Shown in pieces: positions 1 through 6,695 of a DNA stretch of 14,839 nucleotides. Within the stretch, counting starts at the first letter, position 1. Each line of letters opens with the position of its first letter. The notes below the pieces were generated by a model. The model was given only the letters and a program-made list of their open reading frames with translations. It did not search any database and was not told the origin of the DNA. The position numbers and the translations under genes are program-made. Source of the DNA: Archangium sp. (GTDB taxonomy: Bacteria > Myxococcota > Myxococcia > Myxococcales > Myxococcaceae); the NCBI GenBank assembly GCA_031367385.1, contig JANLPS010000070.1, positions 1 to 14,839 of the forward strand. Direction: 5' to 3'.

Positions 1-633
1 GCCATGAAAGACGAAGGCATCAAGCGAGAGCTGGTCCCCGCGGGGTGGAGCCAACCTGCCGCGGTGAGCGCACCTGGGCTGCTGACGGCACTCAACGGGC
101 CGCCCAGGCCGGGGCCGACGTTGACGGGCTCAGGGCTGAGCGGGGCCGAGCTGGCGAAGCGCCTGAACACGTTCACCAATCGGCCCGAGGTCAGCTACCA
201 GGTCATCGCCGAGCCCAAGGTGGGTTCGATTCGCAAGGCGATTCTGCAGGCGCACGTGACGGCTCCGGGCGGCAAGGTGTACCCGGTCGAAGACGGCTTC
301 GTGAGCGTCTCGGTGGCGAACGACGCGATCTCCGAGGTGGGTGGGCGCGGGCAGGCGCTGCCGAAGTTCGACTTCACCGAGCCGACCTTCAGCGAAGACG
401 ACGCGCGGCTCAAGGCGCGTGACCTGGCGCTCAAGGGCCTGGCCGAGGGCGACCCCCGAACGAACGGCTACGTCGCCAAGAACGTCGACGAAATCTTCGC
501 GCCCCAGAACGTGCGGTTCGAAGAGGTGCTCTCGAACGGGCAGCGGGCGCGCAAGGTGATTACCCGAGCGGCCGAGTTCTCGGTGCGCCGCGACGGCACC
601 ATCGAAGTCTCGAAGGTGATGCACGTCGACTAA
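1..633 (+). CDS. Hypothetical protein, probably 5'-truncated by the window edge; C-terminal part resembles an FTP/PepSY-type peptidase propeptide
   Basis: Frame is open from base 1 (ATG at 4) to TAA at 631-633, with GC-rich third codon positions. Segments 'LQAHV...YPVEDGFVSVSVANDAISEVGG', 'PTFSEDDARLKA' and 'FSVRRDGTI' follow the FTP then PepSY pattern by eye only. Confidence 0.7.
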   Translation, partial: AMKDEGIKRELVPAGWSQPAAVSAPGLLTALNGPPRPGPTLTGSGLSGAELAKRLNTFTNRPEVSYQVIAEPKVGSIRKAILQAHVTAPGGKVYPVEDGFVSVSVANDAISEVGGRGQALPKFDFTEPTFSEDDARLKARDLALKGLAEGDPRTNGYVAKNVDEIFAPQNVRFEEVLSNGQRARKVITRAAEFSVRRDGTIEVSKVMHVD

Positions 634-638
634 GGCCA

Positions 639-3600
639 TCAGTCGGGCAGGCGCCACCACAGGTACTCGTTGAACATCAGCGTGCGCCCATGCGCCGCGT
701 CCCACGTGAGGGGGCCGGCCCGCTGGGTGGTCTCGCTGACGACCTGGGTCCAGGTGGTGCCGTCCCACTCCCAGACGTCGGGCAGGTCACTGCGCATCAT
801 CAAGGTTCGGTGATGCGCGGGGTCGTAGCTCAGGTACGTGTCGGGAGGCGCGTTCGAGCTGTTGGGCGCCGGAGGTGACGTGGTGGGCCTTCGTTTCGTC
901 CACTCGAAGCCGCTCCACTCCCAGGTCTCGTTGAAGAAAGCCGCGCTGTGGCCGCCGTACATCACCACCCGATGGCGGTCGCTGTCGTAGGTGAGCGCGG
1001 GGCCAGAGCGGGGGGAGGGGCCGGTGGCGGCCAGCCGTACCCAGGCCGAGCCGCTCCACCCCCAGGTCGCGGAGTCGCCGTTGGTGCCGTTGAGCGCACC
1101 ACCGAAGACGACGGTCTGCTGGTTCGCCGCGTCGTAGGCCACGCCCGCAGCGAGCCTCGCGCCAGGGCCATCGGTGTTGATGGGCGACCAGACGGCGCCG
1201 TCCCATTCGCGAAGGCCCTGAGCCTCCAACACGACCCGGTGTCTGGCGGAGTCGTAGGTCAACGACCCCAAAATCGAGTTGCTTGTGGCGGTGGCGTGCC
1301 AGGTGGCGCCATTCCACTCGAGGGTCGCGGTGGGGGTGACCAGCACCGCAGCCCCGCGCAGGGTGTCGTAGGTGAGCAGGCCGTAGTCGATGGCGCCGTC
1401 GCCAGGTGAAGGCGAGGTCCACGAGGTGCCATCGAAGAGCCAGGTGTCACTGAGCTCGGCATTGTGAGCAGAGCCTCCGAAGATCATCGCGACGTGGTGG
1501 GCCGAGTCATAGACCAGACTCGGCGTACTTCGAACGCCCGGGCCGGGGAAGGCAGGCGAGGTGACCCACTTCGTGCCGTCCCACTCCGAGATGGCGTCTG
1601 AGGAGGAGGTGCCGTCGGTGCCTCCAAAGAGCAGCACTCGCTGGCGCGTGGTGTCGTAGGCAGCGACGTACCCGTACTGCGGCGTGCCCGGGAAGAACGC
1701 GGTGCGCTGCCAGGTGGTGCCGCTCAGCTCCCAGGTGTCGAAGCCGTCACCGCCGCCAGCGATGACCATCAAGCGTTGGCGTGCGTCGTCATACGCCATG
1801 GTGTGCGAATACCGCGGCGAAGGAGCGCCCTGCGTCGTGCGCTTGGCCCACGTCGTGCCGTCCCACTCCCAGAGGTCGTTCTTGAGCACCTGGGTGTCGA
1901 GATCATACCCGCCGAAGAGTGTGACCCGCTGGCGCACGGGGTTCCACGCGGTCTTCGCGCCCCAGAGCTTGCCGGGTGAGCGCGCCGGCGTTTGCTGCAC
2001 CCACGCTGCGCCGTCGAAGGTCCACGTGGCGGCGAGCCCGGGTGCGAAGAGCACCAGCTGGTGACGAGCGCCGTCCCACGCCAGGGAGTTGCCCGAAGCC
2101 TGCGGCCCGGTCGTCGACACCAATGACCAACTCGCGCCGTCCCACTCCCAGGTGTCGCGCAAGAAGCCGCTCTGGTTGGAGCCGCCGAAGAGCACCACCC
2201 GGCCGCGCTCGGGGTCGTACGCCATCGTGTGCCCTTCGCGGGCGAGCACGCTGGTGGGCACCCAAGCGAGCGAGCACTGTGGCGCGAGGCCCTCGTAGCC
2301 GACCTTGCATTCGCAGCGGCGAGAGCCTGGCAGGTTGATGCAGCTCGCGCGGGCCCCGCAGGCGCCGTTGTTGGTTTGGCACTCGTTGACGTCACTGCAG
2401 GTGACGCCGTCTCCGGCGTAGCCCGCGGTGCAGGTGCAGGTTCGGCTGCCGTCGGTGTTGGCGCAGCTCGCGTGCACGTCGCAACCGCCGTTGTTGCTCT
2501 GGCACTCGTTGATGTCGGTGCAGGTCAAGCCGTCACCGGTGTACCCGCTCTTGCATGCGCAGGTTCGGGTGCCGGGGGTGTTGGTGCAGACGGCGTTGGG
2601 GCTGCAGGCACCGTTGTTGGTCTGGCACTCGTTGACGTCGGCGCAGGTGACGCCGTCTCCGGAGTAGCCGCTCTTGCAGGTGCAGGTGCGGCCGCCGACG
2701 GTGTTCGCACAGGTGGCGTTCGCGTCGCACCCGCCGTTGCCGCTCAGGCATTCGTTCACGTCGGAGCAGGTGCTGCCGTCGCCGGAGTAGCCCGGCTTGC
2801 AGGTGCAGGTGTGGCTGCCGGGGGTGTTGGCGCAGGTGGCATTGAGGTCGCAGCCGCCGTTCTGGCTCACGCACTCGTTGAGGTCGGCGCAGCTGGCGCC
2901 ATCGCCGGCATACCCCGGCTTGCAGGTGCAGGTTCGCCCTCCCGCGGTGTTGAGGCACGTTGCGTTGGCGTCGCAGCCGCCGTTCTGGGTCGTGCACTCG
3001 TCGACGTCGGCGCAGTGAACGCCGTCACCTGCGTACCCCGCCTTGCAGGTGCAGGTGCGGCCGCCGGCGATGTTGGCGCAGGCCGCGTTGACATCGCAGC
3101 CTCCGTTGCCAGTCGCGCACTCGTTGACGTCGGCGCAGGTCACGCCGTCTCCGGCGTAGCCGGGAATGCAGGTACAGGTGCGCCCGTCGGCCGTGTTGGC
3201 GCAGGTCGCGTTCAGGTCGCAGCCGCCGTTGTTGCCCGCGCAGGCATTGTGCCCGGAGGCGCAGGTGATGCCGTCGCCGGTGTAGCCCGAGTTGCAGGTG
3301 CAGCTCCGGCCACCGGGGGTGTTGGTGCAAGCGGCGTTGGGGTCACAGCCGCCGTTGCTCGTCAGGCACTCGTTGACGTCGGTGCAGGTGACGCCGTTGC
3401 CGGAGTAGCCGGGCTGGCAGGTGCAGCTGCGACCCTCGGGCGTGGGGCGGCAGGTCGCGCTCGCGTCGCAGCCACCGTTGTTGGTGGCGCAAGGGCCTCC
3501 CGCCAAGCAGGTCACGCCGTCGCCGCTGTACCCGGCTTTGCACGCGCAGCTGCGGCCGCCTGGTGTGTTGCGGCAGCTCGCGTTGAGGTCGCAACCGCCG

Positions 3601-4091
3601 TTACCGTTCGCGCACTCGTTCACGTCGGTGCAGGTGACGCCGTCGCCGCTGTAGCCCGACTTGCACGTGCAGCTGCGCCCGTCAGTGGTCGGCTGGCACT
3701 TCGCGTTCACATTGCAGCCGCCATTGACGTTGGCGCAGGGGCCTCCTGCGGAGCAGGTCACGCCGTCGCCGCTGTAGCCCGCGTTGCACGTACAGGTGGC
3801 GTTGGCGCAGCTGGCGTTCACGTCGCAGCCGCCGTTGTTGGTGCTGCAGTCGCGACCTCCGCCGCCTGAAGGCAAGGTGCAGCTGCCGGCTTCGCACTTG
3901 CCGCCGGTGCAGTCGACACACGCGCGGCCCCCGAGGCCACAGAGCGGCCCGGTCTGCTCGACACACCGACCGCCCGAGTCGCAGCAGCCTCCGCCGCATG
4001 ACTTGGCGTCACACACGCTCGAGGTCGTTGAACAGCCGACGCTCAGCACGAACAGCAGACCCACCCACCCAGCTCCGACGACAGCTCGCAT
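639..4091 (-). CDS. Large predicted lipoprotein (~1150 aa): Cys-rich N-domain, 13 EGF-like repeats (9 with Ca-binding D-x-[ND]-E-C start), 12 Kelch-like beta-propeller blades
   Basis: Likely start is the ATG at 4091 (MRAVVGAGWVGLLFVLSVG-C, a hydrophobic signal with Cys20 and an imperfect lipobox). Repeats such as DVNECQTNNGACSPNAVCTNTPGTRTCACKSGYTGDGLTC each carry 6 Cys. C-terminal repeats read 'MAYD..R.RVVLFGG...DTWEWDG..W'. The ORF-track extension to 4625 overlaps the opposite-strand gene. Confidence 0.92.
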   Translation of the reverse strand: MRAVVGAGWVGLLFVLSVGCSTTSSVCDAKSCGGGCCDSGGRCVEQTGPLCGLGGRACVDCTGGKCEAGSCTLPSGGGGRDCSTNNGGCDVNASCANATCTCNAGYSGDGVTCSAGGPCANVNGGCNVNAKCQPTTDGRSCTCKSGYSGDGVTCTDVNECANGNGGCDLNASCRNTPGGRSCACKAGYSGDGVTCLAGGPCATNNGGCDASATCRPTPEGRSCTCQPGYSGNGVTCTDVNECLTSNGGCDPNAACTNTPGGRSCTCNSGYTGDGITCASGHNACAGNNGGCDLNATCANTADGRTCTCIPGYAGDGVTCADVNECATGNGGCDVNAACANIAGGRTCTCKAGYAGDGVHCADVDECTTQNGGCDANATCLNTAGGRTCTCKPGYAGDGASCADLNECVSQNGGCDLNATCANTPGSHTCTCKPGYSGDGSTCSDVNECLSGNGGCDANATCANTVGGRTCTCKSGYSGDGVTCADVNECQTNNGACSPNAVCTNTPGTRTCACKSGYTGDGLTCTDINECQSNNGGCDVHASCANTDGSRTCTCTAGYAGDGVTCSDVNECQTNNGACGARASCINLPGSRRCECKVGYEGLAPQCSLAWVPTSVLAREGHTMAYDPERGRVVLFGGSNQSGFLRDTWEWDGASWSLVSTTGPQASGNSLAWDGARHQLVLFAPGLAATWTFDGAAWVQQTPARSPGKLWGAKTAWNPVRQRVTLFGGYDLDTQVLKNDLWEWDGTTWAKRTTQGAPSPRYSHTMAYDDARQRLMVIAGGGDGFDTWELSGTTWQRTAFFPGTPQYGYVAAYDTTRQRVLLFGGTDGTSSSDAISEWDGTKWVTSPAFPGPGVRSTPSLVYDSAHHVAMIFGGSAHNAELSDTWLFDGTSWTSPSPGDGAIDYGLLTYDTLRGAAVLVTPTATLEWNGATWHATATSNSILGSLTYDSARHRVVLEAQGLREWDGAVWSPINTDGPGARLAAGVAYDAANQQTVVFGGALNGTNGDSATWGWSGSAWVRLAATGPSPRSGPALTYDSDRHRVVMYGGHSAAFFNETWEWSGFEWTKRRPTTSPPAPNSSNAPPDTYLSYDPAHHRTLMMRSDLPDVWEWDGTTWTQVVSETTQRAGPLTWDAAHGRTLMFNEYLWWRLPD
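2272..3852 (-). repeat. Intragenic tandem repeat, ~123-bp (41-aa) period, 13 EGF-like units
   Basis: Recurring DNA motifs such as 'gcaggtgacgccgtc', 'cactcgttgacgtc' and 'gcagccgccgtt' at about 123-bp spacing; units counted from the translation. Confidence 0.92.
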
Positions 4092-4230
4092 GCCTTCATG
4101 AACCCGATTGCGTACGTCAGTGTGCAACTTCAAGTGAACACACTCAGATCTTGAGAAAAATCGAGGGCTCGAAAGGGTCGCAAGCCGGGTGGATCGGAGC
4201 TCGGCAACGTGTTTATCGTCGAATGCCCCG

Positions 4231-5106
4231 ATGACTGACTCAAAGATCTCAGCCAAGCGCGACGCACCGCCTGCGGTCACGCCCGTGACCGAGCCGGTAC
4301 CCCCAGCGCCGTCGCGCGCTCGAGCTGAAGCGGAGCAACGCGTCGCCGAGATCAACATCGAGCTCCAAAAGCTGCTGAGCGGCCCGTGGCAGACCAACAC
4401 TCTTCGAGGGGCGCAGGTTTTGAAGCTGAAGAGTGAGCGAGCCCTGTTGGAGGCGAAACTCTGGCTCGACCCGAAGGGCGCCGCGCTCGAGAAGGCCGCC
4501 GACAGGCTGATTGCAGAATCGCAGAAAGCGATGACCCACGATGCCAAGTCGCGAAGTTGGCTGGGCCCGGTCGGCGGGGCCATCGACTTCGTCCAGCAGG
4601 GGGGCGCGAGCGCGCTCGAGGGCATGCTGGGCGTCGCCGCGGGGGTTGGCCAGCTCGCTCAGGTCGGAGGCATCTCGCGAGTCGAAGACGCCCTGCTGCA
4701 TCACCCGCTGCAAACCGCGACCACGCTGGGCAAGGCCATCGTGAAGCACACGGCCGACATTTACGAGGCGAACGGTCTCGGCGCTGCGTTGGGAGACGTT
4801 GCTACGCTCGGGCTTGCTGGCCTGGGCGAAGCGCGGCTGGTCTCGAAGGCCATGACGTTCGGCACCAAGGTGAGCGCGCCCTGGCCTGCGGCCATCGCCA
4901 ATGGCGTTCAGACGGCGACCGGCATCGCCGCTGAAAAGGCGCTCCCGGTTGCGAACGCGGGAGTCAAGGTCGCGGTGGGAGTCTACGTCGCGAAAAAGGC
5001 CGTCGAGCTCGGCGGCGCGACCGCGGCGAGCGAGTTGGTCGGCAATGAGGTGCGCGCCGCGAGTTCCGCCGTGAATGCGAAAGACCCGGGGAAGCGCCAG
5101 CGCTGA
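4231..5106 (+). CDS. Hypothetical protein (~291 aa): charged helical N-half, Gly/Ala-rich hydrophobic C-half
   Basis: ORF 4189..5106. The ATG at 4231 (MTDSKISAKR) is preferred over the GTG at 4189, and a TATCGT box lies at 4214-4219. It fills the gap divergently from the EGF gene with normal codon bias. No signal peptide or known domain recognised. Confidence 0.75.
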   Translation: MTDSKISAKRDAPPAVTPVTEPVPPAPSRARAEAEQRVAEINIELQKLLSGPWQTNTLRGAQVLKLKSERALLEAKLWLDPKGAALEKAADRLIAESQKAMTHDAKSRSWLGPVGGAIDFVQQGGASALEGMLGVAAGVGQLAQVGGISRVEDALLHHPLQTATTLGKAIVKHTADIYEANGLGAALGDVATLGLAGLGEARLVSKAMTFGTKVSAPWPAAIANGVQTATGIAAEKALPVANAGVKVAVGVYVAKKAVELGGATAASELVGNEVRAASSAVNAKDPGKRQR

Positions 5107-5117
5107 AGCGGCTCGAC

Positions 5118-5735
5118 TCACCACGCGGCCTTCCGCCCGGTGGAACGACGAACAGGAGACCTGCGGCGCGATGCCGGGCCAGTCGCCCGCGAAGACCGCT
5201 TGTCGCCTGCCGTGCCCCAGCTCCAGCGAGGGCTGCATCTCGAGGGGTGCTTCAGCGTGGCGCCAGCGCCGTGAGCGGCAGCGAAGCCTGCAACGCGTTG
5301 AACCCCCGGGCTGGGGCCGCCAGCGAGGCCTCCAACGCGTTGGACCCCCGGGCTGAGGCCACCAGCGAGGCCTCCAACGGGTTCGGCTCGCTCGAGCAAC
5401 CAGTCGAAGAAGGCCTGATGGGCCTCGCTCAGGGGCGCACGCGACGAGCCCGTGATGGTCGCCTCGAGCCGCGGGCGCACCTGTTCGAAGTCGACCAGCA
5501 GCCGCGAGAATCGCTCCAGCGGTGCGGGGTCATCGGCTCCAAGCGCACCGAACACGGTCTCGGTTCGATACGCCTCCACCGCAGCGCGCTCGTGCTCCGC
5601 AAGGTGAAGGGGCACTCGAAGTGGTCGAACGCTTCATCGGGCGGCGCTGGCACCGGCATCGCGACCAACGCATCGCGTGAGCCGATACCCAGAGAAGACG
5701 TCGTAGAGCTGCTCGAGCGATGTGCTCAATGACAT
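5118..5735 (-). pseudogene. Disrupted hypothetical gene with one in-frame TGA (5634-5636); 3' end runs into a 42-bp tandem repeat
   Basis: ATG at 5735 gives MSLSTSLEQLYDVFSGYRLTRCVGRDAGASAAR*. The same frame continues SVRPLRVPLHLAEHERAAVEAYRTETVFG...HQAFFDWLLERAE, which is the 5118..5615 ORF. Both halves read like globular helical protein; the part after the repeat looks like non-coding read-through. Confidence 0.5.
5279..5379. repeat. 42-bp tandem repeat, ~2.4 copies, with internal palindrome TCCAACGCGTTGGA
   Basis: Units: 5279-5320 cagcgaagcctgcaacgcgttgaacccccgggctggggccgc; 5321-5362 cagcgaggcctccaacgcgttggacccccgggctgaggccac; 5363-5379 cagcgaggcctccaacg (partial). Confidence 0.9.
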
Positions 5736-5900
5736 TGCGCCTTGACGACAGGGCTCGCCGCGCCTGACCCGCCGCGAGCAGGGTCAATGGCAAGGCATTC
5801 AACGGCTTACGGTCTGGGAAAAAAGAAATGCGTGAGGTGGTGAATACGCCTGCATCGCCTCCGTCTGACCCGGCTCACCCGTTGTCTTGGAGGTACCCAG

Positions 5901-6560
5901 ATGAGTCAGCCAATTGCACTGTTGTTGTCTTTTGGCCGCCTGATGTTGGCGGCTGTTCAAGCACTCACCTCGAAGTTCGTGAAAGGCGCGAAGGTTGCCT
6001 TTCTGAAGACGCACAGCGAGCTCGAAGAGGCCGAGCGCGCGGTCGTCGAAACAGACGCTGTGGTTCAGAAGGCGGTCATTGGGGCCGAAGCCGCCGACGA
6101 AGCGCAAGACCGCGCGACGCTCGACCTGGCGACGAAGCTCTCTGGCGATGGGTTTGGCCGCAGTAACCCGTTCAAGGCGTTCGGCTCGGGCTCACCCTCT
6201 GAGCTGTGTGCCAAAGGCCAGGTACCCCAAGCGAGTCTGTTGGTCGCGCTGGCCGCCAAAGTCGCCCAGCACCCCGACGCGAGCCCAGACTCGAAGAAGG
6301 CAGCGGCCCAGGTTGCGTCGAAGGCCAAGGCGATGGGCCTTGCGGCCACCGCTCGAACCAAGGCCCTCAAGGCGCGAGCGGCTGCCGTCGACGCCCGTGA
6401 TGCCCTGGTGCCTGCGTCGCAAGCCGCGCTCGCCGCGCTCCGTGAAGCGCTCCGGTACGCCGATCGCGTCGAGGGCACGTCGACCTACGACGACGTGTTC
6501 GGTGCGACGCCGAAGACCAAGGCCAAGAAGAAGAAGAGCGACCCGGCACCGGTCAGCTGA
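5901..6560 (+). CDS. Hypothetical Ala-rich all-helical protein (219 aa) with Lys-rich C-terminal tail
   Basis: GGAGG Shine-Dalgarno at 5889-5893, 7 nt before the ATG. Amphipathic Ala/Lys/Glu helices; ends PKTKAKKKKSDPAPVS. Confidence 0.85.
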   Translation: MSQPIALLLSFGRLMLAAVQALTSKFVKGAKVAFLKTHSELEEAERAVVETDAVVQKAVIGAEAADEAQDRATLDLATKLSGDGFGRSNPFKAFGSGSPSELCAKGQVPQASLLVALAAKVAQHPDASPDSKKAAAQVASKAKAMGLAATARTKALKARAAAVDARDALVPASQAALAALREALRYADRVEGTSTYDDVFGATPKTKAKKKKSDPAPVS

Positions 6561-6597
6561 CCGATTCTTCAAGGGCACGCTCGCAACCGATTGAAAA

Positions 6598-6639
6598 CAC
6601 CCCCCTCGAGGGCCCCCAAACCCGGGCTCTCGGGGGGTG
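6598..6639. other. Strong GC stem-loop between the 5901..6560 gene and the helicase (terminator-like or 5' leader structure)
   Basis: CACCCCCC(TC)GAGGGCCC-ccaaaccc-GGGCTCTCGGGGGGTG forms 16 bp including one G-U pair, with a 2-nt bulge. No U-tract follows on the + strand. Confidence 0.55.
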
Positions 6640-6695
6640 AATGGGGAGGTAATCGTTGTTCGGGGGCCCCCCTTAGCGGTACAGGGGGGTCACTC

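Noticed and set aside
2229..3869. 546-aa + strand Ala/Val/Gly-rich repetitive ORF
   Set aside because: Antisense shadow of the EGF repeats; stop-free opposite frames are expected in high-GC coding DNA.
4092..4625. 178-aa N-terminal extension of the EGF-Kelch ORF (track start 4625)
   Set aside because: It is antisense to the 4231..5106 gene, reads as non-coding, and would bury the signal peptide that starts at 4091.
5279..5379. Possible mini-CRISPR array
   Set aside because: The sequence between palindromes is nearly identical between units, so there are no unique spacers; only ~2.4 units and no cas genes in the window.
5634..5636. Selenocysteine codon
   Set aside because: No convincing SECIS hairpin directly downstream and no redox-motif context; kept only as a remote option.
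5247..5732. 161-aa + strand ORF through the repeat
   Set aside because: No ribosome-binding site and no recognisable features; the opposite strand reads more like protein. Not fully excluded.
6591..6695. TTG start extending the helicase by 35 aa
   Set aside because: The extension crosses the GC hairpins and is low-complexity; ATG 6696 sits a normal distance before the Q motif.
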